Assembly (NCBI GenBank): GCA_050014195.1
Contig: JBEKDT010000016.1
Coordinates: 1-64,000, forward strand
Source of the DNA: Desulfomonilia bacterium
Lineage (GTDB): Bacteria; Desulfobacterota; Desulfomonilia; UBA1062
Direction of reading: 5' to 3'
DNA: 64,000 bases
Positions 9,748 to 20,300 of the stretch are shown here, piece by piece. Position numbers and translations under genes: made by a program. The notes under the pieces were generated by a model. The model searched no databases and was not told the origin of the DNA. It was given only the letters and a program-made list of their open reading frames with translations. Positions within the stretch are counted from its first letter, which is position 1; each line of letters starts with the position of its first letter.

Positions 9748-10149
9748 ACTGACCCACCTCCTTGGCCCACAAGCATGCACCTCTTGCATGCGATGTTCAA
9801 GTGGGAAAATGTTATGAATAATATGTATTTTAGGTTTAGATCCGGGACTTGGGCCTCCGGCAGCTACACGGCCTGTGCAAGGCTTGCGCCCGTATCCGGC
9901 AGATCCCTCAATCCGAGCAGCTCTCTGATGGTCTCCTTGAGCTGTGAAAAATTATGGGACTTAACGATATAGGCGTCGGCAGCCATAGTAAGGGGATGGT
10001 TCTTGTAGCCTGAATATGCAGAGTGGATGATGATGGGTGAGTCGATCTTCGACTTTAAAAGGTGCCCCATGGTCTCGAACCCGTCCATCCTGGGCATGCG
10101 TATGTCCAGGATGATGAGATCGGGGCTTGATGCCCCTTCGGCCTGGAGC
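9527..10149. repeat. Direct repeat A, copy 1 (623 bp)
   Basis: Matches 15768-16390 at offset 6241; the only mismatch I found is 10125 g / 16366 a. Confidence 0.95.
9864..10149 (-). pseudogene. 5'-truncated duplicate of the response regulator at 16105-16509
   Basis: Same 3' sequence, but the N-terminal MKRILLVEDD region is missing and replaced by a transposase fragment. Confidence 0.85.
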
Positions 10150-10290
10150 TCTGATGTTGTGTACCATGCAGTACAACAGCCACTGGATATTCACTTTGAT
10201 CTTGCCCCTTAAGGTGAACCGGTCGAGGCGTTTGTGAGTACGTATGTTTGCGAACACCGGCTCTACGATGGCTATCCTCAACGGGTAGAT
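10150..10290 (-). mobile_element. IS1182-family transposase C-terminal fragment
   Basis: IYPLRIAIVEPVFANIRTHKRLDRFTLRGKIKVNIQWLLYCMVHNI resembles the IS1182 DDE C-terminus (VEPVF..IK...F.LRG..KV..EW.L....HN). Confidence 0.8.
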
Positions 10291-10540
10291 CCTGTGGTCC
10301 TTTTCGATCTCGATCGTAATCGTGCTACCATGGATCTTGAGTATCCCATGAACAACAGCAAATGCCATGCCTCTGCATCTTCTATCTCCTTGGTGGTGAA
10401 GGACGGCTCAAAGATCTTACCCATTATTTCTTTTCTCATTCTTTGGCCTGTGTCTTTTACAGTGAGCTTTAGGTATTGGCCCACTTTCATTTCCGGATGC
10501 GTTTGCAGAGGGTTGAGGTATGTGTTTGAAAGGCTCACTT
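10291..10540 (-). pseudogene. Frameshifted fragment of a sensor histidine kinase HATPase domain
   Basis: GQYLKLTVKDTGQRM..EIMGKIFEPSFTTK, then in another frame AVVHGILKIHGSTITIE (degenerate G1/F/G2 boxes). Confidence 0.7.
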
Positions 10541-10616
10541 CTATTGTTTCTGTTTAAAAACTGTGAGTTATCGCAGTAAGAATCCTTTTTACGAACGTGG
10601 ATCGATTAGAAAATAC

Positions 10617-10662
10617 TTGACAACAAATATAATACAAAGTAATTGGACGGACTGGTCAGTCA
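10617..10662 (+). promoter_or_regulatory. Putative sigma70 -35 (TTGACA) plus TetR-type operator palindrome
   Basis: TTGACA at 10617-10622; imperfect palindrome ggacggac-tg-gtcagtca at 10645-10662, ahead of the activator RBS; a TetR gene closes the operon. Confidence 0.55.
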
Positions 10663-10697
10663 TATTCAATTTTGAAAAAACTTGTTGGAGGTACATA

Positions 10698-12179
10698 ATG
10701 GACTTTAAGCTTGAACAAATTACCAAGTTTTTTTCTTATCCGATAAATGATAGGCATTTTTTTTATCGGGTTCCCTACCGTTTTCTAAACAAAAAAGATG
10801 AATATGTTCAGGATGCTTTCAATGATCTCCAACAATTTATTAACCTGATATCAAAACAGGATGGTAAGGTTATTAATGAGAATGATACAGGCATGCTTTT
10901 CAAGTTAAGAAATGGGATTCATATCAAAATAGAACCCAAGCGCACGGATTTATGGATAAAAATCAGCTATGAACATTCCAGTGATGAACAGCATGTTAAG
11001 AATATGCTCAATCAAATTGATGCGGAGATTGCATCGATAAACTGCCGCGTAGTGTATAAGTACATAAAAAAAGATAAGGATCTTTATGGTTTCTTCCTGA
11101 AGGACGGCAAGTGGGATGACGAACTAGTCGGCTATATCGGCCTTGATGCTGGATCGATATCGATCAATACGGCGGTTATCGATGAATTTGGCACGGTGCT
11201 GGAAACCGATTATACCTTTACCGAGGGCGATGTTATCAACAACGTGAAAAAATCGCTCGCGAGCGTCTATGAGAAACTGCCGCGAAATATCCGTATCCTC
11301 GGGTCCGGCGTGACTGGGAGCGGTCATGAGATTTCCGGCGCGCTGCTGAATGCGGATGTGTATGAAACAGAGCTGGACGCACATGCGAAAGCAGCGCTAT
11401 CCCTGGCCCCCGAAGCGAAGGTTATATTCGACATCGGAGGCCAGGACTCCAAGGTCATGTACATCGAAGACGGGATGCTTGCCGATGCCAGTATGAACAA
11501 AAAGTGCGGCGCCGGCACTGGATCGTTCCTGAATGCCCAGGCGTCGCGGCTGGGAATCCCGATAGAACAGTTCGGCGAGATTTCGCTACAGGCAAAAAAA
11601 CCGTACAGATTCTCGAGCATGTGCACAGTGTTCGTGGGCAGGGACCTTATCGCCGAACAGGCCAAGGGAAACACCAAGGAGAACATCATCGCCGGACTGC
11701 ACCGTTCTCTTGCGATGAACTTTTTTTCCACGCTGGGGATCAGCAAAAAGAAGTTACAAACACCGATACTCTTCCAGGGCGGTGTTGCGTCCAACATAGG
11801 GGTTAAGAAGGCACTGGAGGACTGCATCGAGGAGTCACGCGGTGAGAAGGTGGAATTGATCGTCCCCATGTTCAGCAACGTCATGGGCGCCGTTGGGATG
11901 GCTCTGTTCGCACGGAGCGAAACAGAAGGGAACACGAAATTTAGGGGGTTTGACGATATTTCCCGGATAAGATCTGAGTTTTCCGAATGCTCCAGTAAGA
12001 ATGACATTAATTGCGACAGCGAGAAGATTTGCGATCTCGTGAAGCTGTATATCGGCGACCGGTTGATCGATACTCTGTACGCGTGCAACGGTTATTATCA
12101 ATATCATAAAGGGCATGTTTGTCATGAAAATACTGATGCCTTCTCCGAAGAGTGCAAAAAAGTCGGTATGGGGGCGTGA
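10698..12179 (+). CDS. CoA-substrate-specific enzyme activase (HgdC/BcrAD/BadFG ASKHA ATPase) with an N-terminal extra domain
   Basis: GLDAGSIS, GVTGSG, DIGGQDSK, MNKKCGAGTGSFL, SSMCTVF, QGGVASN; GGAGGT RBS before ATG 10698. Confidence 0.88.
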   Translation: MDFKLEQITKFFSYPINDRHFFYRVPYRFLNKKDEYVQDAFNDLQQFINLISKQDGKVINENDTGMLFKLRNGIHIKIEPKRTDLWIKISYEHSSDEQHVKNMLNQIDAEIASINCRVVYKYIKKDKDLYGFFLKDGKWDDELVGYIGLDAGSISINTAVIDEFGTVLETDYTFTEGDVINNVKKSLASVYEKLPRNIRILGSGVTGSGHEISGALLNADVYETELDAHAKAALSLAPEAKVIFDIGGQDSKVMYIEDGMLADASMNKKCGAGTGSFLNAQASRLGIPIEQFGEISLQAKKPYRFSSMCTVFVGRDLIAEQAKGNTKENIIAGLHRSLAMNFFSTLGISKKKLQTPILFQGGVASNIGVKKALEDCIEESRGEKVELIVPMFSNVMGAVGMALFARSETEGNTKFRGFDDISRIRSEFSECSSKNDINCDSEKICDLVKLYIGDRLIDTLYACNGYYQYHKGHVCHENTDAFSEECKKVGMGA

Positions 12180-12181
12180 TC

Positions 12182-13243
12182 ATGGAAAAGAAGCGGATCG
12201 GATGGTTTTGCAGTTATACGCCCATCGAGCTCATCGAGGCCGCGGGTTTTGCACCCTACGGCATCAGGGAAGATTCTGGATACTCCCATGAGGACGTGTA
12301 TCTGGGCGACAGCATATGCTCCTATGTGCGAAGTTGCCTCGGCGGTGCGCTTGCCGGGTCATATGATTTTCTCGCCGGGGTCGTTATCACCCACTCCTGC
12401 GAATGTATGCGGCGCCTATATGACGGGTGGCACTTCAAGCAGGAAGATATCGCCCCCGAATGCATTTATTTTGTCGACGTGCCAAGGGTGTATAACGAAG
12501 GGAGCACCGCTTACTTCGCTAAACAGCTTCAGCGGTTTAAAGAGAATCTGGAGCAAAGGTACGGTCTGATTTCCGAGGAACGACTGATAGAAACAATAAA
12601 AAAATACAACCTCACCAGGGACCTTTTCAATCGTGTCCTGGAACTGCGGAAACAAGACAATCCGCCCGTTAGCGGAGTCGAGGTCGCGCGTCTGATTAGC
12701 GAAAGCATGACCATGGAAAGAGATGAGTTCAATCATAAACTTGAAGCGTTTATTGTCGAAAAGGAAGGAGCTTCCGGTAACCCAGGTCCCCGTATTATGA
12801 TATTCGGAGGTCCCACGGACGCGTCTCTCGCTAAATTAATTGAAGGATCCGGCGGCGTGGTCGTATACGAGAATATGTGCAACGGACTTCGTTACAACGA
12901 TATGCTTGTGGACTTTGATGAAGGGCCCGTGAGTGGAATCGCCAGGCGATATCTGCGGAAAAATCCCTGTCCCCGAATGCTCGGGACCCATGCCGATCAC
13001 GGACTGGAAGAGATCAGACGTCTTGTTGATATATTTCGTATAGACGGTATCGTGTACCATTCAATCAAGTTCTGTGCGAATCTGCAGTTTATGGCGGGGA
13101 TTGTCAAGAGCGAGTTCAACGTGGGAGTGCCGATGAAGATAATTGAGAGCGACATCGGCTCTGAGATCGACGGACGGGAGATACGTTCGTTTATTAAAAA
13201 TCTATGTCATAAAGTTGCAGGTAAAGAAGGGCCGAGGAAGTAA
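12182..13243 (+). CDS. 2-hydroxyacyl-CoA dehydratase / benzoyl-CoA reductase family subunit (HgdB/BcrC-like)
   Basis: GWFCSYTPIELIEAAG, ICSYVRSC, SCECMRR, ENMCNG, PCPR, DGIVYHSIKFC. Confidence 0.85.
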   Translation: MEKKRIGWFCSYTPIELIEAAGFAPYGIREDSGYSHEDVYLGDSICSYVRSCLGGALAGSYDFLAGVVITHSCECMRRLYDGWHFKQEDIAPECIYFVDVPRVYNEGSTAYFAKQLQRFKENLEQRYGLISEERLIETIKKYNLTRDLFNRVLELRKQDNPPVSGVEVARLISESMTMERDEFNHKLEAFIVEKEGASGNPGPRIMIFGGPTDASLAKLIEGSGGVVVYENMCNGLRYNDMLVDFDEGPVSGIARRYLRKNPCPRMLGTHADHGLEEIRRLVDIFRIDGIVYHSIKFCANLQFMAGIVKSEFNVGVPMKIIESDIGSEIDGREIRSFIKNLCHKVAGKEGPRK

Positions 13244-13247
13244 TGAA

Positions 13248-14585
13248 ATGAAGAATGAAAAAATCAAGAGAACGATGGCCGAGAATACGGAACAGAGAAA
13301 GGTTCAGTTCAAGAATTTTCTCGCACTGCTGGGCATCGGTGAAGAAGCTGGCGATGACTATATAAAATCCCGATTTTCAGGTCCAGCCGATGGTTTGAAG
13401 GCTTCGCAGAAAAGAGGGCGGCTTCTGGCCGAGCAATTTATCCGGTGTTATAACAAAACGAAGGACTGCTCTGAAAAGTATCAGTTCGTGGCGTGGCGGA
13501 GCCTTTTTATGCCTACGGAGATTATGTATGCGATGGACGTAATGCCCTTTACCACGGAGATGGTCGCGGCCCAGCTTGCAATAATGGGATGCCAGATCGA
13601 TCGGATAGAAACCGCGGAGGAGAACCATTTCTCCCAGGACCTCTGCTCGTTCATCCGGACCGCGGTAGGATCGGTTATTGAAGATATCTTTCCAATGCCG
13701 GACATCCTTATCACATCGACTCACCTGTGTGATCCGTCGGCGAAATTCGGTGGCTATGCATCCATGAAGTACAAGAGACCGGAGTTCGTTCTGGACGTTC
13801 CATACGGTTTGTACGGGGGCGTGTATGAAGAAGACGTGAAAAGGATCGAGGAAGGTGTGGATTATCTATCGCAGCAATATAAAGACTTGGTTCGGTTCAT
13901 CACCGAGAATACCGGGGTCGAATTTCACGAAGAAAAATTGAAACAGGTGATAGAATGGTCTAATCAGGCGAGAAAATGGCTGAAAATGGGGAATGAATTT
14001 GCGTATTATACGGGAACGCCCACAATAAAGGGGAGTAAGGACATCGATTATGCATCAAATCTAATGCAGACATGGGGGACTGAGGAGATCGTCGATGTGT
14101 ACCGAGCTAGGTATGAAGAATTCGTCCGGAGCGCCGAGTCGGGAGTTCCGGTGCCGGACAAACCGCGCATACACTGGTATCATTTGAAGCCCTATTACAA
14201 GAACAATCTTCTGAGCTATATTGAAGAACATGTACGGATAGTCTCGAGCATGGTCAATTATATGTACTGGGATGAAATGGACCCTGAGGATCCTTTTCGA
14301 TCACTTGCTCGTAAGACACTCATGATACCTGCGTATTGTCCGGTCAGCGTGCGGGCGGAAGTTGCTAAAAAGTGGATGATCGAGGGTGACGGGATCATAG
14401 CATTTTATCCAAAATCATGCAGGCACTTTCACAGTTCAGCGCGCATTGAAGCTGAGATATTTAAGAAGGCGAATTTTCCGTATCTCGCAATCGATGGCGA
14501 CTGTATCGACAACCGGGGCGATGATTTTGCAATCATGCAGACGCGGGTCGACAGGTTTATCAAAAGCATGAGGAAGATTAAGTAG
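13248..14585 (+). CDS. 2-hydroxyacyl-CoA dehydratase / benzoyl-CoA reductase family subunit (HgdA/BcrB-like)
   Basis: PTEIMYAMD, QDLCSF, HLCD, LDVPY, KSCR, IDGDCIDNR, QTRVDRF. Confidence 0.82.
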   Translation: MKNEKIKRTMAENTEQRKVQFKNFLALLGIGEEAGDDYIKSRFSGPADGLKASQKRGRLLAEQFIRCYNKTKDCSEKYQFVAWRSLFMPTEIMYAMDVMPFTTEMVAAQLAIMGCQIDRIETAEENHFSQDLCSFIRTAVGSVIEDIFPMPDILITSTHLCDPSAKFGGYASMKYKRPEFVLDVPYGLYGGVYEEDVKRIEEGVDYLSQQYKDLVRFITENTGVEFHEEKLKQVIEWSNQARKWLKMGNEFAYYTGTPTIKGSKDIDYASNLMQTWGTEEIVDVYRARYEEFVRSAESGVPVPDKPRIHWYHLKPYYKNNLLSYIEEHVRIVSSMVNYMYWDEMDPEDPFRSLARKTLMIPAYCPVSVRAEVAKKWMIEGDGIIAFYPKSCRHFHSSARIEAEIFKKANFPYLAIDGDCIDNRGDDFAIMQTRVDRFIKSMRKIK

Positions 14586-14694
14586 GGAACGGCATAGGCA
14601 TCTTTGTACTGACCAATTCAACAAATATTTGACAGAAGATAAAGGTGTACTAGGCTTCATTCTCCCGGTTTCATATTCCCGCGAGGAGGAGACC

Positions 14695-15690
14695 ATGGAA
14701 AAAAGAACGGCTTCAGATGAAAAAAGGGGCACGAAGCTATCAAACTTTTTCGAGATAAGCACCTATTTTTCCACTGACGGTGAATTCAACGAAGAGTCCC
14801 TGAGAATGACCATTCGCGATATGCTCAGCATCCTCAAGAACGAACTGGGAGAGGAAAGAATCGGCGATATCAATGAAGAGATGTCTAACTATCTTTTCAA
14901 CATCACCAAATACATGCTGGAAAAGGGTTTCTCGGGTCCGGCATTGAAGATATTGAATACGGCGAATGACGAGTTCGAGAAACTGGGCATGTACGACATT
15001 AGAATACCAGCTGCGCAAGTGAAGCAGTTGCTGGAATCCTCTGCCCAGCCGCACAGGTCCGATGACAAGATGAAGTCATACACTGCAATGAGGAAAAAGA
15101 TCTTCAATGCGGCGATTGAGGTTTTTTCGAAAAAGGGTTACCACCCCGCGACCATTGATGAAATAGCAGCGCTTTCCGGCATCGGCAAGGGAACCGTGTA
15201 TAGAAATTTCAAAAGCAAGGAAGACCTTTTGGACCAGCTTTTAATCGAGAAGTATAAAGAAATCATTGATTCAATGAGTCAGACATTTGCCAAGGACACG
15301 GATATTCTCGAGCAGATCCAGGAAGTAATCGTGAACTGGGTTAACTTCATCGAAAAAAACCCCGTGGTCTACCGCCTAATACAGGATCAGGCTATAACAC
15401 AGAACATATCTGGCGGTAAGATGTTTTATGACTATTTTGTTACTCACCTGCCTCTCATTAAAGAACGAATCATCGCACTGAATAAGGACCAAAAAATCAA
15501 GACTACTAGCTTCTATACCGTCTATTACGGCATCCTCGGCTTTATCGACGGCGTCGCGCATAAGTGGTTCCGGAATGGCATGAGTTATCCTCTCAAGAAA
15601 GAGATACCAATTATTCTCGAGGTCATCTTTAACGGATTCGTCGGCGAAGGTAAAACCGGAAAAAGATTCTACATACACCCCGATGATTGA
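14695..15690 (+). CDS. TetR/AcrR regulator with a ~125-aa N-terminal extension
   Basis: Internal HTH IFNAAIEVFSKKGYHPATIDEIAALSGIGKGTVYRNFKSKEDL; GAGGAG RBS. Confidence 0.85.
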   Translation: MEKRTASDEKRGTKLSNFFEISTYFSTDGEFNEESLRMTIRDMLSILKNELGEERIGDINEEMSNYLFNITKYMLEKGFSGPALKILNTANDEFEKLGMYDIRIPAAQVKQLLESSAQPHRSDDKMKSYTAMRKKIFNAAIEVFSKKGYHPATIDEIAALSGIGKGTVYRNFKSKEDLLDQLLIEKYKEIIDSMSQTFAKDTDILEQIQEVIVNWVNFIEKNPVVYRLIQDQAITQNISGGKMFYDYFVTHLPLIKERIIALNKDQKIKTTSFYTVYYGILGFIDGVAHKWFRNGMSYPLKKEIPIILEVIFNGFVGEGKTGKRFYIHPDD

Positions 15691-15715
15691 GGTTGAGTAT
15701 TTATGAATTTTAACA

Positions 15716-15988
15716 CTAAATTAATAGATTATCGAACTCCCATGGCGAAAGTTTCATTGTGAGCATTGCCTTGAGCTGCTTGTCCTTGGGCACTTTGACC
15801 GGAGAGGACCGTGCATTCCGGGTGAACTGCGCGATGGAGGCCTTTAGCTCGTTTGGTTGTGCCGGGTAGAATGTACCGGCATAGGCGGCCTTTCGGATCG
15901 TGTAGGCAAAAGCCTGCTCAGAACTCAATGCAACCGCGAAAACCACAACCATGAAGACGAGGCAACTCAGCAGGGCGCGGCGCTTCAT
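15716..15988 (-). pseudogene. 3'-truncated duplicate of amrB/amrA
   Basis: Identical 5' end up to KQLKA, followed by an unrelated tail and a stop. Confidence 0.85.
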
Positions 15989-16390
15989 ACTGACCCACCT
16001 CCTTGGCCCACAAGCATGCACCTCTTGCATGCGATGTTCAAGTGGGAAAATGTTATGAATAATATGTATTTTAGGTTTAGATCCGGGACTTGGGCCTCCG
16101 GCAGCTACACGGCCTGTGCAAGGCTTGCGCCCGTATCCGGCAGATCCCTCAATCCGAGCAGCTCTCTGATGGTCTCCTTGAGCTGTGAAAAATTATGGGA
16201 CTTAACGATATAGGCGTCGGCAGCCATAGTAAGGGGATGGTTCTTGTAGCCTGAATATGCAGAGTGGATGATGATGGGTGAGTCGATCTTCGACTTTAAA
16301 AGGTGCCCCATGGTCTCGAACCCGTCCATCCTGGGCATGCGTATGTCCAGGATGATGAGATCGGGACTTGATGCCCCTTCGGCCTGGAGC
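15768..16390. repeat. Direct repeat A, copy 2 (623 bp)
   Basis: Copy of 9527-10149. Confidence 0.95.
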
Positions 16391-16509
16391 ATGGACATGG
16401 CCTCAACGCCATCGGATGCGGTCATGACCTCGTACCCGACTTCGGCGAGTTCTTCCTTGATGAGGAATTGGAGATGCTCATCATCTTCCACTAATAAAAT
16501 TCTTTTCAT
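16105..16509 (-). CDS. Single-domain response regulator (receiver)
   Basis: ILLVEDD, PDLIILDIRMPRMDG, IIHSAY, YIVKS; GGGAGA RBS. Confidence 0.92.
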   Translation of the reverse strand: MKRILLVEDDEHLQFLIKEELAEVGYEVMTASDGVEAMSMLQAEGASSPDLIILDIRMPRMDGFETMGHLLKSKIDSPIIIHSAYSGYKNHPLTMAADAYIVKSHNFSQLKETIRELLGLRDLPDTGASLAQAV

Positions 16510-16615
16510 ATCAAAATCTCCCCTTATATCATTGACCTATACCTGATCGCGGCCTTCATCACCCGTATCTTGCATGATTCCAACCACTTGGCGTCCTCAT
16601 CATAGGCTGCGAAAT

Positions 16616-16631
16616 TGCATGAAAGATGCCA
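16616..16631 (-). promoter_or_regulatory. Sigma54 -24/-12 promoter of the response regulator
   Basis: Minus strand TGGCATCTTTCATGCA has the exact GG-N10-GC spacing; IHF-like tttcaattagtta just upstream. Confidence 0.65.
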
Positions 16632-16898
16632 ATAGTGTTGGGTTTTATTTCTTTTTAATTTCAATTAGTTATAGAGATCAACCTGATCAGCCGTCGGGTT
16701 CCTAACAGGACTTCCGATAGAGCTGCCATTATTTTGACGAAAATGCGTTACATCAATCCAAATATCGAAGTGAATATGCTACTGTCGAACAGTTGCTGGT
16801 ACTCGCTAACATCGAAGGCATGAATTGTAACAGTAGTTAAGATGCTATCATACAGCTTGTGCGATTTGTAATGTTCTGGGATCTTGCATTTCTTATAG
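16619..16898. repeat. Direct repeat B, copy 1 (280 bp, non-coding)
   Basis: Matches 43917-44196 at offset 27298, with 3 mismatches (16624, 16703, 16792). Confidence 0.95.
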
Positions 16899-17396
16899 AT
16901 CTGTGGACTCGCACATGATTGCCTGATGGTGATGATTATCAAAAGATATATTCAATTAGGCCAAACCCTTGCTTATGGCACATGATCATCAGTTTTTCCG
17001 GACGTGTGGGACTGATGATTTTATTGCATAATCAACGGTTGATTTTAGGAGATCGGGAACGACGCTTTTATCGAAGGAATGTTCAACAATGGCAAACCGA
17101 TGGTTGCCTGATATTAATATTTGGTTTTGAAAAAACAAACTCAGTTTATTGCCTCTGGTGCTATACTTTTAGCAGGCGTCTATGGGATGTACTGTAAGAA
17201 GATGAAGGCTGATGTATTACAATATGAACCTTGCCGTCTGTCCAGGTAATGAAGATCATCTTTTCTCATATTGCTCTGCCAGTTGTATCTCTGGAGGTGC
17301 TCTATGGCCACTGGCAGGAAACGGTATTTATGGGGAAGGATTATACACCAGGTTCATAGTGGGAGGCATCACTTAAACTTGCCAAGTGGGTGGGTA

Positions 17397-20300
17397 TTAT
17401 TTTTTCATGCCAAGTGCCTTCATTCGTGAGTAGAGGCTTGTGCGCTTCATGCCAAGGATTTCGGCAGCGCCGCCGGGCCCGCTGACCCTGCCCTTCGTGT
17501 ATTCGAAGACATGTCTGATATACCGCCGCTGCAGCTCGTCGAGCGTGGTCAGGTCATCGAAGGTTGCCTTTGCGCCTGTCTGAGAACCTGTCGGAAACAG
17601 GGGTATCTGCAGCTCTTTACCTTTGGTCAGGATTACTGCCCGTTCTATGACGTTCTGCAGCTCGCGGACATTGCCGGGCCAGGCATATCTCATCAGCATG
17701 CCGATGTCCTTCCGGGATAGATCGAGTCCCGGACGACCGTATTTCCTTGCATAGAGCTCGACAAAATACCTCGCCAGCTCGGCGATGTCTTCCTCGCGCT
17801 CCCTCAGAGGGGGCATGGACAAGGGGAAGACATTGAGACGGTAGAAGAGGTCTTCCCGGAAACGGCCCGCAGCGACCTCGTCTTTAAGGGAGCGATTGGT
17901 TGCCGCGATAAGCCGGAAATCAGACCTGATGGACCGTCCGCCGCCGATCCTGACAAAGGTTTTTTCCTCAAGGGTTTTTAGGAGTTTTGTCTGGAGGTGA
18001 AGTGGGAGCTCGCCGATCTCGTCGAGGAAGAGCGTGCCGTTATGCGCCAGTTCGATCCTGCCCAGTTTCTGTTTGTCTGCACCGGTGAAGGCTCCCTTCT
18101 CATAGCCGAACAGTTCGCTTTCCACCAGGTTCTCCGGTATCGTGGCACAATCCACCACGATGAACGCCCCCTCGGATCTGCGGCTGTTTTCGTGGATCCA
18201 CTGAGCGAACATCCCCTTGCCGGTGCCTGTTTCACCTGTGAGGAGCACGGTCGAATCTGTCGTAGACACCTGGCCCGCCATGGACAGCTGCTCCCTCATG
18301 ATCTTTGACCCGGCGATGAGCTGGAATTTCTTGAACTCCTGCTGCGAGGTATCCCGCTCCCGAGAGAGTTTTTCCTTCTCTTCCCTCACCCTCATGGTAT
18401 TCAGGAGAAAATTGACCGTATCAGACGTATGCCTGCCAAGGAGCGTCATCATCGCGGGATCCAGGAATTCGAAGGCATCCTGCATGTATGAGTTGTCGTG
18501 GTACAGGACGCCGCGCGTCATGCCCTGCACTTCAAAGGGTATGCACAGGACCGACCGGATCTTCTCCCCCTTCACAGCCCGCGCCGAAGAATCGTTCCTG
18601 ACGACCAGGGGGTTGTTCGTCCTGAAAGCCTTGAGCACGTGCTCCATGTACGGCTTGAACTGGGGTGATTCCACCTCCTCTTTTGTCAGGTTGCTCGCCG
18701 CACGCAGTTCAGGCTTGGCGGTGTACTTTCCCTCGGCGAACCAGAAAATGCCGCCCCGCTCGGCGCCGAAGAAGCGGTTGGTGGAGATGATGGTCTTATG
18801 CAGTGTCTCTTCCTGACCCATACTGGATCTGATGGAATTAATCTCCTCGAAATAGTGCCTGAGATACTCGTCCCTGGCAGATTTGGTGTTAGGGGCAAGC
18901 AGCTTTTTCTCCAGGAGGGCCTTGTACTGGTCCGGGAAGAAGTCGGCTGCATGTCCACTGAACAGATGCCATGCCTCCTGTGCATACGCCTTTGCTGCTT
19001 CTTTGTTGTTGTTGAGTAGCTCGAGGTGCGCCATCTCGAGGACCGTCTTTGCCAGCTGTATATGGTTTCCCGACAGATCGAGGCATGTCCTGCTGGCTTC
19101 AAGGTCGGCCATTATCGGTTTCCTCTTCACGATTCCCTGATCCATCTTCTCCCGTGCCCGCAGGCGGAGCGCCACGCCTCTCAGATGCACATTGACCCCG
19201 TTCAGGGTTGTCTCCATGATATTGCGGTAATTCCAGTGCGGCAGTGGTTTGAAGCCAAGCCGTTGGAACTCATAGACGATTTCGAGAATCCATGGTGAAG
19301 AGAACTGCTGGATGAGTCCTACCTGCTCTGCCTTTTGAATAGTATCCTGCAGGATGTCATAACTCTTTTCCATATCACCCTTCATGAAATACAGGAGGGC
19401 AAGCCCGCCTCCGGAATAGTGGTATCCGAAGGCATTGCCTGATTCGATCGACTCCTGCCTGGCCTTTTTGAGGTGGAACTCGGCCTCGTGATATTTTTTC
19501 ACCAGGACCAGCGTCGTGCCCAGCACGGTCCTCAGGACTGAGGTCAGGGCCTTGTTGGACTTCTCCTCGGCCAGGCGGAGATTGGAATCAAGAAACCCGA
19601 AGGCCCTGTGGAACTGGCCAAGGTACAACGCACTGTAGCTGAAGAGGATATAGGTCAGGGGCTGGATGCTCTCCTCGTTGATGCCGATGAGGTTCTCAAG
19701 ATGTTCCAGGTGTTTCATCACCTCCCGGAACTGGCCCTTCATAAAATAGAACACGGCGATGAATTCGGCGGACTGGGATAGAATGTCCTCATCTCCGATC
19801 TCGTTCACTTTGTCCAGCCCTACGGATAATGAAAGAAAGGCCTCATCCCTGCGGCCGGTGAAATAGTAGAGCATCCCCTTATGGAGGTTGATCAGGGCCT
19901 GGGACCGTTTATCTCCCAGCCTTGCTGCCAGAGCCTGGGCTGTTTCCAGGATTTCTCCCAGTTCGGTGATCCCCCTACCCAGCACATAGCAGAGGTTCGA
20001 GAGCTTCAGGCTACGGGATATGTACAGGACGCTGGTGTCCGGGTCCAGGTCCAGGTTTTTCAGCCTTCCGACCGCCCTCATGAGTGATTGATGAACGTCT
20101 TCGAGATTTCTCCTGTCTCCCAGGTCTTTGTCGGTACGTTCGAATTCCACCCTGCTGGCCTCGATGGCCCTTCCTGCCTTTTCCAGAAGACCGATGAGAA
20201 CATGCGAGTCCAGGTCCCTGTCGATATTCTTCGCATAGACGGCATCCACCAGGGCAGAGAGGTTCTTCTTCGAATTGATCCCCCTGATCTTATTTGCAGC

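Noticed and set aside
9961-10368. 135-aa ORF as a real gene
   Set aside because: It is a chimera of kinase, transposase and out-of-frame regulator sequence.
10698-14585. Definite benzoyl-CoA reductase (bcr/bzd) call
   Set aside because: Only one activator subunit and no dch/had/oah ring-cleavage genes; the family cannot be resolved without phylogeny.
16748-17197. Short ORFs 16748-16942 and 16919-17197
   Set aside because: AT-rich, no RBS, and at or across the repeat boundary; likely spurious.
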